Assembly: GCA_001643675.2 (NCBI GenBank)
Contig: LSRY02000004.1
Location: 2,232,001-2,296,000, forward strand
DNA from: Monocercomonoides exilis PA203
Taxonomy: Eukaryota > Protista > Preaxostyla
Length of the DNA stretch: 64,000 bases
Direction: 5' to 3'
Part shown: positions 1 to 10,914 of the stretch, piece after piece
Layout of the letters: each line of letters begins with the position of its first letter
How positions within the stretch are numbered: the stretch's first letter is position 1
Notes under the pieces: model-generated
Databases searched by the model: none
What the model saw: only the letters and a program-made list of their open reading frames with translations
What the model was told of the DNA's origin: nothing
Position numbers and translations under genes: made by a program

Positions 1-1212
1 CATCAAACGACATCCAGAGCTGAAGACATCAAAGCCAAAAATTGTTGATGCGAACAGGCTTGCCGCATCATGCCAACAAGTTCTAAAGCCCTGGTATGAT
101 ATGCTCAACGGATTACATCAGAACAACAGTTACAACAACGCACTGATTTTCAACGTGGATGAGTCTTCACTCAGGGTTCCCGACAGCTCCAATCGGAATG
201 TCGTTCATCCGGCAAATACAAAACCCGGTTACGCTAAATCTGCTGCGCGAATGGCGAATTCTACACTGATTGCGGCGGTCGCAGCAGATGGACAATCACT
301 TCCTTCAGTGATCCTGTGGCCGAGTCTCAAACTTCCTGATGACTTGAAGCCTCTTCAGTCTACAAATCTTGAGATTTGGCCGAACAAATGCGGATGGATG
401 GAATCTTCAACATTTAGGAAGTATGCACTTACAATTCTTCTCCCTTCAATCAAAGAAAGAAGGCAACGCATGTCACTCGACGAATCGCACTGCTTGCTTC
501 TAATCGACTCCCACATTTCTCGAGCAGATCCAACAATCTGGCGAGAGTTCAAAAAAGAGAATGTAGATGTTGTGACATTCGTCCCTCACAGCACACACAT
601 CTGCCAGCCACTGGACAGAGGTGTATTTGCCGTTCTGAAGTCAGAAATGAGTTCACAGTACGAAGCACCTTCGTCGTCGTCTTCAGCAGCGAAAAGAATA
701 GCTCTTGTGGAAGCTCTACAACAATCAATTCATTCGGCGCTATCACCTTCGGTCATCAAAAGAGCATTCAAATGCAGCGGCGTGCTGAAAGACTCGTCTG
801 GGCCAGTTCTGATGAAGCTTCCTCAATCATCGACTTATCCTCTTCCTTCTCATAAAAATCGATTTGACTTCTACGGTAAAGAAATAACAGAAGAAAAGGT
901 GCTAAATGAGTGGGATGATTATTTGAAAAAGAAAAGCGAAATGGAAAATGAAAAAGAAAACATTTCTGATGAAGAAAATGATGAAACAATGAATTTCACG
1001 AAAAAGCTGAAAAGAAAATTCAAAATACTTCAAGATGAGAACGATATAGAGAAAGAATCATCTGATGAAATTGAAAGAGGAAAGGGAAAAAGAAAAGTCA
1101 TACGCAAATTAGATTCGAGTTTTGTATTTTTTTGAATTTTTTTTTGAATTTTTCATTTCGAAAAATTTGGGTACTAATAAAAAAAATGGGTACTAATAAA
1201 AATATGACCCTA
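1..1212 (+). mobile_element. Right end of a pogo-like DNA transposon, with putative TIR (about 1168-1210) and TA target site
   Basis: After the transposase stop, TGGGTACTAATAAAAA occurs twice (1168-1183, 1187-1202), followed by TATGACCC|TA (TA at 1211-1212). The left TIR is not in the window. Confidence 0.65.
2..1135 (+). CDS. pogo/Fot1-like DDE_1 transposase (DD35D), 5' part outside the window
   Basis: The frame is open from nt 2 (INGHPELKTSKPKIVDANR...). Catalytic triad FNVDES / LLIDSH / QPLDRGVF, with 35 residues between the 2nd and 3rd Asp. Intronless. Confidence 0.9.
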   Translation: MKRHPELKTSKPKIVDANRLAASCQQVLKPWYDMLNGLHQNNSYNNALIFNVDESSLRVPDSSNRNVVHPANTKPGYAKSAARMANSTLIAAVAADGQSLPSVILWPSLKLPDDLKPLQSTNLEIWPNKCGWMESSTFRKYALTILLPSIKERRQRMSLDESHCLLLIDSHISRADPTIWREFKKENVDVVTFVPHSTHICQPLDRGVFAVLKSEMSSQYEAPSSSSSAAKRIALVEALQQSIHSALSPSVIKRAFKCSGVLKDSSGPVLMKLPQSSTYPLPSHKNRFDFYGKEITEEKVLNEWDDYLKKKSEMENEKENISDEENDETMNFTKKLKRKFKILQDENDIEKESSDEIERGKGKRKVIRKLDSSFVFF

Positions 1213-1573
1213 TAAAAAAAAACAAATGAATAAATGAATAAAAGTCAAACCATATTGCAAAAAATATAAATAAACAAAAGTTTTTAACTAATAAAAAAAA
1301 AAAAGAATTTCAATAACAAATCCAAAATCAACAAAATATAAATAAGAAAATTGATAATCCTTCAAAATGATATTAACAGCTGCTTCAATAACTAGTCAAC
1401 AAAATCACAGCAATAAATAACAACAATCTCATCAACAAAATTGCAACTGCAATTCTAATCACAAAATAGAAACACTTAAAAAATAAATAAAAAGATAATT
1501 ATAATAATAATAAAATTTCTAAATAGAGAAGTACATATATTGTTGGCCTGCTATTCATTTGTCCATGCGCTGC

Positions 1574-2598
1574 TCAGACAAGCCACGAAAACGAACCCTT
1601 CCGAAGAATCTTTTCCCAAAGCACATGAATTTCGTGATTAGCGAGCGGTTCATGAAAATTCCCTTGATTCCTGTTCATTTTTGCGTTTTCTTTCTTCTTC
1701 TTTGCTTCCTCCTCTGCTCTTTTCTTTTCTGCTTCCTCTGCCTCTACTTCTTTTTGATCTTCCTTATCATAATACTTGTTGATCTCATCAATCTCCGCAC
1801 TCAGTTCTTCAACACTCAGCCCCCTTTGAATCACATTTATCAGCCTCTGTTCTTTCTCTTTTTCTCGCTTCTCCTTCGCTTTCGCCTTCTCTTTCGCCTT
1901 CTCTTTTCTTTCTTGTTCTTCCTGGTTTTTTCTAATTTTTTCCGCCTTTCTCCTTTTCCACTCCTCTGCCCGTATTTCCTGCATTTCTCTGCCCCTCTTA
2001 CACACAGCTAATGCCTGCCACGCAAGCAGCACTTTATTTGAATCCACTCTTTGCTTCACCCACTTAACATCCCCCTTCACCAGATACAGCCCCACGCAAA
2101 ATGCCACATACTCAACAAACAACCACACCAGCATCGGAACCAGCGACAGCATCATGTTTCTTTCCATCTTGTGTGCCCGCTCAATCAGCTCGTCGGTCAC
2201 AACCACTGCTGACATGAACCGCTCTGCTCCTTCCCACGCCTCTCCGCTCGAAGTCGGAGGGTCAAATATCCCAATCCCGTCCAAGCACAGTGCTGGAATA
2301 AGCACAATAGCAATCCCAATCGTCGATCCAAACATAATCCCGCAGTACCGCACGTTCTTGCTGCATATCGTCTCGAAATCATAAAATTTCGACAACTTCA
2401 TGTTGAATGCAAAAATATGCATCGAGATAATTGTTAGGAACAACGGAATGAAAGTAATTGTCCACGAGCTCGTGAAGTTGTCTGTTTGATCGTCAACATG
2501 CAGCAAGCATTCCAATCGCACACGTTCACATTCACACAAAAAGAACAAAACAAAACAAATTAATAAATGAAATGAAATGAATAAAATCATAATTCTTG

Positions 2599-2629
<31 letters not shown>

Positions 2630-4232
2630 AATATAAAGCCTCTCTTTTCTTTTACTCGCACTCACTCATTCATTCACCCTCCTTTAACACTTTGCATACA
2701 GCACAGTTTCACAGAAAAGAACACCCACGCAAAAACGATTCCAATCAGAGAAATAATAAGCATGGACAAAGTTAAACAACAACGCTTTGGAAATTTTAGC
2801 CAGTGTGATACATAAAACCCTTCAAATGCCATTGAACAATAGAAAAGCAAAAAATAGAACAAAAGAGAGAATAAAATTGTATCTGAGTTAGTAATCAATC
2901 GTCCATCTTCTGTGAATTTTTGTGTGACTGTCTCTGTGCCAGCCACTTTTCTGAAAAGTGCATCATCAGTAATCTTATTTTCCATGATACTCCTTTGAGG
3001 ATACGGCTTTGTCACTGGACCATCAACCAAGCGATTGCGGATGTTAAATGTGTGCTCATTCCCATTCACAAAATTGTCAAGATCATTGCACAAAAAGAAA
3101 AGCACAAACAAAAAGCTTCCTCTCATCACTGTTAATACAGCAAGTGAAATCCAAAAATATTTTTGCTTTACCAAATACAGAATTAAGAAAAAGAAAAACG
3201 ATGTCAACATCAATAATGCAACGGTGAATTGGCCTTTCGATCGTGATAGGCTGAACGAAAAGACCGATCTGGTGACTTTGTTCGTCAAAAGATTCGACAC
3301 ATGTTCATCATCGGCCAGCTTGTCGAAAACTGGCCCACGGATAAAATTCGTTGTGTAGAAGATGGCAAAGAAAAAGAATAAAAGAAACAGCATCAGTGAT
3401 ATCCACATCAATGTGAACAGAATAAAATTTATCCACGGATGTTCGATTGTGCTTTTCAGATCTTGAAAATCCATCCAGAAACCATGTCTTTTCCCAAACA
3501 GCACTTCTGGAAAAGTTCCATACAACCGAATGGTATCTTTCCATCCTTTCGGGCTCAGACCAAACCGGGTTTTGTCCGCAACATCCTGAAAACAGAGCAA
3601 GGCAAAATTCAAACCAACAAATAAACAAAAATGAAAAGAAGTCCATCAAAAAAAAAAAAAAAAATTCACTCGCTGTGCCTGCTCCAGCACAGCGCAAAAC
3701 ACACACATCAGCATTATTTGGATCGTACGTGTCCAGATCCTGGAACTCGTTCTGGTTCATGAAGATGTTGTCTCTCAGCCTTGGCAGTTCTTCAACCACA
3801 ATTTCATGCCAAAACCTACATTCAGCCAAATCCCGTAAATTTTGATCATTAAAAAATAAAAAATTCTTCACACTCTTCTGTATCCAGCATCTTTCGGAAA
3901 AACTTCGACGTCCCCATCAGCCCCATTTTCGTCCTTGTATCGCATTTCCTTAAAATCCTGCCAATTTTTCAAAACCTCAAAACCCAACTAAAAATCCCAC
4001 ACCGCTTCCATATGTCCATCGGCACTCCTGCACCACGTGCGTTCAAACACAAACCTTCCATTAACCGCAAAACAGCAAAAAACAAAAAATGCACACTTTT
4101 CACATCCACCAGTCCACAATCTTCATCTGAAGAGCTGCTGGACGTCGGGTCTTCAATGTCTGTAACCATGGGAATCGACTCTTGGATCGCTCTCTCATTT
4201 CCTGCGTGGCTTAAAACTTCTGTAGATTTCAT
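1574..4232 (-). CDS. Multi-exon polytopic membrane protein with C-terminal charged coiled coil; weak TMEM185/FAM11-like signature
   Basis: Adjacent minus-strand ORFs (3969-4232, 3308-3871, 2674-3612, 1574-2665) are separated by AT-rich GT..AG introns and contain many hydrophobic helices. Motifs VRLECLLHVD..SWTITFIPLF and LCLDG..SLVPMLVW. Exon limits are approximate. Confidence 0.55.
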
Positions 4233-4384
4233 CGATCTGGTATATAAATTGTTTTGTTAACTGATTCGCAGTTGTCCAATCGACCGCATTCACTCATTTG
4301 GTTCATAAGCATTGCTAGGCAATCTGGTAATTTTTTTGGAGTGTTTTTGTGAATTTTCGTAGTCAATAGAAAAATATATTAGAG

Positions 4385-6740
4385 ATGCTCTCTTCAAAAA
4401 ATAATAACAAAAAATCAACAGACTCGATGACAGTGCAGCAGTCACAGGTGAGGATGGGCGGAGGAAGGGACGAGGGATGGATGCAGACGTGTGACGCAGA
4501 CACGCACGTCAAAAATGTTGCTGATTCAGTTTTGGAGCTCAGACAAGAAGGACGGGGGAAGAAGACAGCATACAGCGTTAACGAAATGGCTTGCAGTTTT
4601 TGTGCATAATGCATTTGGGTTTCGTTTTTTGTTCAGCGTCCATCCACCTGTGAAGCAAAAAAGGCTTGTTCGAAAGAAACGGGAACAGTCTGCGGAGAAA
4701 AGAAAAAGGTTTGAGTGCTCGTTGCTGCCTGTGCACTGCAAGACATGTTTGGAATCGATTCATACTATGTTGCTATTTTGCCCCTCGTTTTGCGATGCAA
4801 TGCTGACTTTTTGGTAGATAAAGGCGGTGAAGAGGAAGGAGATGAAGAAGAATTCAAGAGCGAAATAGACGAGGACGATAACTAGGAGTACGAGTTTGTT
4901 GAAAAAGAAAAGGGGCTGGAGGAGGGAGCAGGACAAGTACATTCTGAGCAGGAGAGCATGGCTGATTGAAACACCGAGTTGGAGAGCAACCAGAAAGAGC
5001 CAATGAACCAGCTGGACGAGGACGATGAGGACGATGACGTCGAGGAGGATGAACATACCGGAGAACGGTCAGATGGCAACAGCAAGGATGACACTGAAAT
5101 GAGCGGGAGTGAGATGGAGGATCGAATGGCTGAGAGCGAGGAAGAGGAGGATGAAGCGAGCGGAAAAGAGAGCGAAGAAGCTGAATACGCTGTGAGCAGC
5201 ATGCAAGAGAAAATAGAGGAAGCAAGCGACTGGGAGTCTGCAGTCTCATCACCTTCTGGAAGCAGGCTGCATCTTTTTCCACAGCCATCTTCAGAAGAGC
5301 TGAGGAGGAAGAGTTCTGTTGTGGATGAGAAAGGAAGGAAAGAGGCAGAGAAAAGCGATGCTGAGGTGTGTGGTGAGGGTGCTTCAGAGACTTTGGGCAG
5401 CATGCAAAAGCAAAAGGAAGGAGTGCAGCTGCATCATTTTTGATATCTCTCCAACAGCTGCAGAAGGTTCATCAACCACAACACCAGGAAGAGGAGGAAA
5501 GGGGAAGGCGACTGGAAGAGCACCATCAGCAGAAGTGGCTGAGAGTAGCGGGCTGGATGCGAAGCAGGAGGTGAGGAGGCTGAAGGCAAAGTTGGAGGAA
5601 AAAGACGAAACGATCCTTCGGATATTGAAAGAGAAGAAGGAGGAGGCAGAGAAGATGGGGAATGAGCGAGAGCGGGAGAAGAGCAGAGAAGAGTCAACGG
5701 AGAGGAGCAGGGAAAGGGAGCGGGAACGAGAGAAGAACAGGATTCGGGAGCTGGTGGAGGCAGTAAAGCGAGAGGAGTAGGAGGAGGGGAAGGAAGCAGC
5801 GCAGGAGAAGATAAACCGGCTGAAGAGCACGATGAGAGGGATGGAGGAAGAGAAGGAGGAGCTGGGAGAGAGGCAGGGAGAAGTGAAGAGGACAGTGGAG
5901 GAGCTGAAGATGGAGAAGGAGGGAGGCAGAGGCGCGTCTGAAGAGGAAGATTGGAGAGATTGAGAATGAAAGAGATCGGGATCGGCGGTGGTATAAGACA
6001 GCGGAAGAGGAGTGGAACAGCGAAAAGGAGGAACTGGAGAAAGAAATACGATCACTGAAACAGCAGCTGCAGACGCCCCAACAACAACAGCATTCCACTG
6101 AACACTCTTCTCCATTGCTCAAATACACAGCCGGAGAAGAAATCGCAGGCAGAAACGAGCAGGTCATCTACTTATTTGAAGAGCGATCATCAGGAGTATG
6201 GGGCATCCAGCGCTTTCAGTGAGGATCCTCTGTCCTCTTTCTCTGCCGCTTCAGATTCAGCCATCGGAACATTCAGCCTCTTCTCAGCTGCTTTCTCGCT
6301 CTGGCCAGCACCTTTTGCCGTCTTCTTCTGCCTCTTCAACAACATCTTCTTCTTCCCATTTAACTGCTCCGGATGCTGCTTCTTCATATTCATTAAGCAC
6401 TTCTTCGTCTGAGAACGCCTATTCATTTTTGGATGGCTTTCCTTCTTCTCGTCCTTCAACTGCGAGAAGAACTCTGCGAAGACTGTGCAATGATAGTGGC
6501 ATTATTAGCGATGCTGTTGGCGAAAGAGAAAAAGAGAAGGAAAGAAGCAGCAGAGCTAAAATTGAGCTCGATGAAGAAATTGAAGGACGAAACGACAAAT
6601 ATGGAAGGAATGACCGAAGAAAAGGAAACCGTCGATATCCAAATACACTTTCTTCTTCTTCTTCTTCTTATTCTTCTTCCACATCATCTGGTTGAACCTC
6701 TTTCCATTCTGTATCTGTATCAGAGAAAAAGACAGATATG
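4385..6740 (+). pseudogene. Disabled acidic/coiled-coil protein gene
   Basis: E/K/R-rich coding-like sequence is broken by in-frame TAG (4883), TGA (4967) and TAG (5778), and by frame changes near 5440 and 5920 with no intron-like sequence. Confidence 0.55.
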
Positions 6741-7574
6741 ACGAAGAAACGAAGTAATTGATAGTCGAAGAAAAGAAACACATACGTGAGAAATTTAAAG
6801 AATGAAAATGAAAGAAAACAAAGGAGATTCAAAAGCGAATGAAGAGAAAGAGAAAGAAGATTATGAACACGAGAGTGGATAAAGAGGGAAGTCAGACAGA
6901 GAGGATTGAAGAGACTGTTGAATGAATGGAAATGAATGGAAAATGAGGTGAAAGAAGATGGAAGAACATCGAAAAAAATTTGTGATTCTTTTTGTCGAAT
7001 GTGGATTTGGGAAAAATATGTCGAAGATAAAAAAAATAACAATGAAAGAATTGAGACTAAATTTTTTTTCTTTATGAATTTTGTTCCACTCAATGCTATC
7101 AAATGTATTTGTCAACTTTTTAACTTTTCAATATTTTTTTGATTGGGAATGAAAGACTTATAATAATATGACAGTCGAAAACATTTGGAGTAAGTCATTG
7201 TTTTTTTCATAAATGCAAGAGTGTTGTTTCATTTTAGTGTTTTTTTTTAGAAAAAAATGGTTTGAGTGAGGGCCAATATAATTATTTCGAAAAAGAATTT
7301 TTAAACAGATAGACTGAATCAGTGATGCAATAAGCGGGAGCCTGTTGATGTGAAAGTTGTTTTTTCAACTTGTGAAGATGCTTGAAAGATTAAGAAAAAA
7401 GAAAAGTTAATGTTTCGACAAAATAATAAAAGTATTTTTTGAATTCAGGATTTTTTTTTTAATTTGAAATATTGAACACTGAATTTATTATTGTGAAAGA
7501 ATGCTTAAGATTAGAACTGTTAAGATTTTCTTTTTTGAAAAAGAAAAATTGAACCATAAGTACTTATTTTTGTA

Positions 7575-9778
7575 ATGGTAAGTGAATATCTATTTTCATT
7601 TTTCTTGATATTTGGTCTTTTTTATTAACTTTTGATGAAAATCAAAGACTACAATACATCCACTTTTCCCGCCACAACTATGGAAGCACTTTGAAATGTT
7701 GCTAAAAACTCCAAGAGGATCTGGAAATACAAAGGAGATCGCAGAGAAAGTATTCCAATTTGGAAATTCTCTTAAATATGAAACAATAAGAGATGAAGTT
7801 GGAAATGTTTTAATACGAAAGCCAGCATCAGCTGGAAAGGAGGACTCTCCATATGTCTGCCTTCAATGCCATCTTGATATGGTATGATTTTTTGTTATAA
7901 TTATGATATTTGTTTTTGCAAATCTTTTTTTAATCCAACGAATTATATTATTTAGGTATGCGAAAAGAGTCCAAAAGTTGATTTAGATATGACAAAGTGC
8001 GAAATTACTCCAGTTGTTGTTGAAGATGGTGAGTTTGGACCAAAGTTGATGGCAAAGGATACAACGCTTGGTGCAGACGACGGGATTGGTGTTGCAACAG
8101 TTCTTGCAATTTTGGAAGACAAGGATCTTATTCATGGCCCATTGGAATGCTTGTTTACAATTGATGAAGTTTGAATCATTGTTGTTACACTTTTTTAACA
8201 ATTTTTTAATCATACGTATGTTGACATCAAAATATAAAAGGAAGTTGGAATGGTTGGAGCTCGCGGGATTAAACCAGGATTTTTAAAGGCATATTTTTTT
8301 TTCTCGAAAATTATGAAGCTTTTATTTTTTTTTTGAAAAATTTATCAATACCAACAGAGTAACTTACTTGTTAATCTCGACTCAGAAGAAGACTGGAGAA
8401 TTACAGTTGGTTGTGCTGGAGGATTTAACGTGGATCATACTCTTCCAATTGAAGTTGAAAAAGATGTGAATTCTTTAGAAGGATGCGAAGGTTTGAAGAA
8501 AAATATAATTGTGAAAAAAGCAAGAACTCTAATGAAATTTATTCCTTTTCGATGAAAAATTCCTCAAAGCAATCCATGTTTCTATATCCGATTGCATGAG
8601 CGGTCACAGCGGGTGCGAGATACACTTGGGAAGACTAAATCCGATTATTGCACTTGGACGATTGCTCAGACGTGTTGAAAAAAATGGAGTGGAATTGCGT
8701 CTTGCTATGATTGCTGGAGGAACAAAGCGAAATGTTATTCCGGCTGATTCGAAAGCCATAATTATTGTTAAGAAGGAAGAAAACGAAAAAGTTCTGGACA
8801 TCATGGAAGTTGAATGGAATGGTTTGTGATCATTTGAAAAAAGAAAAAAAAAACATAATATCATTTATGGAACACGAATGATTTTGTAAAAGACGGATAA
8901 CTTTTTTGCACCAAAGCATTTTTATTGAATATTTAAACATCCACAATTATTCTTTCTGCTTCTTAACCAAACTGATGTTTCCTCTCTGTTATTTTAGCCA
9001 TTCGCGAGGAATGCGAAGCGATTGAGCCGAATGTTAAGATGGAGGCGATTGTTGTCTCAATGCCAAGTGATCCATCTGCTGTGCTGACAAAGGAATCATC
9101 ACACAAACTGCTGTCTGCTGTCATCACATCTCCACACGGAGTGTTGAGGTTCGAATACAAACAAATGAAAGAAACGGAAACTTTTTATTGATAATAACTT
9201 TTTTGATTCAATCACAATTTCTTTTTTTATAATGATATAATTTTTATTTTTTATTTCTTTTGATGCTTCAAAGAATGTCACCTGTTGTCCCTGGACTTGT
9301 TGAGTCGTCCATCAACTTCTTTTCGGTGCGTCTCAATCCAGAGTCATCCACCGCTGCATCTTCAGAAGCCTCATCGTCTTCTGCAGCGTCCTCCTCAATC
9401 GTGCTCTCCTTCTTCGCCCGCTCCTCCAGCGATTCTCAGCTCGACCTCATTTGGGAGCAGCTTTTGGCGCGGTGCGAGCTCCTCGGGATGACAAGCGGGC
9501 CGCAGCAGAACTTCTACCACGGCTGGCAGCCAGACACATCCACGTCGCTCTTCAAGGCGACCGACAAGGCATTCCGCGAGGCACACGGAAAGGAGCCGGA
9601 GATTTATGCTGTCCACGCTGGGCTGGAATGCGGCATCCTCAGCGGAGCACTCGAGGGCCTCAAGTGCATCTCGCTGGGACCTTATGTCACATCTCCACAT
9701 ACCACACAGGAAAGCTTACATCTTAAATCAATCAAGCCTTTCTACGATACAGTGAAGAACCTTCTGAAAGAACTCTAA
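7575..9778 (+). CDS. pepD: Aminoacyl-histidine dipeptidase (peptidase D, M20 family), 8 exons
   Basis: Spliced motifs LWKHF..PRGSGN, QCHLDMVCEK, TTLGADDGIG, TIDEEVGMVGA, NLDSEED, GCAGG, SGHSG, HAGLECG, PHTTQE. Introns 7578-7647, 7882-7955, 8169-8240, 8289-8357, 8491-8569, 8822-8997 and 9149-9273 all restore the frame. Confidence 0.93.
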
Positions 9779-10126
9779 ACCATTGCTTCGAATGAGTCAT
9801 ACCAATTATTAATTGTTTAATGCAATTGCAGACAGCTTCAACATGAAAGAGGAAAATTTTATTTGAAAACATTTTATCAACAAATTTATTTGTAGTCTTT
9901 TTCTTATTAATTTTCAACAAGATTAATTGCTTCTTTTTATTATCTTCATTGACCTTCCTCAACACTGAAAAATGAAAACATTCATTAAATTATTTTAATA
10001 CATCTTCAATATGATACACATTTTTCCTTTCTATTCAAATCAATTAAAGAAAACAAATTTCGATAACTTGAAAATAAAAAATTAAAATTTCGATCAAACC
10101 AGTATCTGAAACATAATAACCGCTTT

Positions 10127-10622
10127 ATGAGCTCATCTTTTTCTGAAACAAGTAGTTCAACTTTAGAAGAAGAAAAAGAAAAAACCAGGCAACAAGCTCA
10201 AAAATTGTCATATTACCTTTGGAATAGAGTGCGCCATTTGCTTTTTTTAAATTGTTTCATGAAAAGAATTGTTTATGAAATCAACAGCTAAATCCAGGAT
10301 ATGTTGATGATACGAGTACTTGGACAACAACAACAAAAGAAGAATTTGGAAGAGATAAATTTGAAAAGATGGATGATCCAGACACATTGAACAGATCATT
10401 TCACAAGAAACAGGATGAGCATACGGTTTGAGTTTTCAGAATTACACAACCCGCACACATTTTATTTTGCTATTGTTTCTTTATGATATTTGCTATATTA
10501 AAGAGATACATGGAAGCTTCGGTGTGTTGTTTTTATCGTAATTTATTTAATAATTTGCATATTTTCAGGCAAGACAACATAACATGACTCTTATAAAACC
10601 AACAGGAACACCACAGCAATAA
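10127..10622 (+). CDS. Small hypothetical protein, 103 aa, 4 exons (not in the ORF track)
   Basis: Exons 10127-10228, 10288-10425, 10504-10521 and 10569-10622, joined by phase-0 GT-AG introns, give an open frame MSSSFSETSS...YLWNRLNPGYVDDTSTWTTTTKEEFG...FHKKQDEHTRYMEASARQ...PQQ*. Confidence 0.75.
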
Positions 10623-10914
10623 CTTTTGTATTTTGATATATTTTTGTTTTGCTATAACCCCTCCTGCATTTCATATCCTTTCATCACCATCTTTAACTAG
10701 TTTATTTTCTTTGCTCAGCTTTCAAATGATGAACACTTTATCGCGTTTTTTGATCTTGTCATAAATACAAGATAATTCCATTTCAAAAACTTTTTTGTGT
10801 GAAATTAGAATAGTGTTCTTTTGAACAAAAATACTGTATTTTTTTATTGTAAAGAAGTGTTTCATTTTGAAAAATAACATAGTTATAAATTACATAAAGG
10901 TTTGCCAAAGGTGC

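Noticed and set aside
4883-5780. TAG read as Gln (non-standard code known from some oxymonads)
   Set aside because: TGA and frameshifts occur in the same region, genuine genes end in TAA/TAG, and 12-kb ORFs contain no in-frame TAR.
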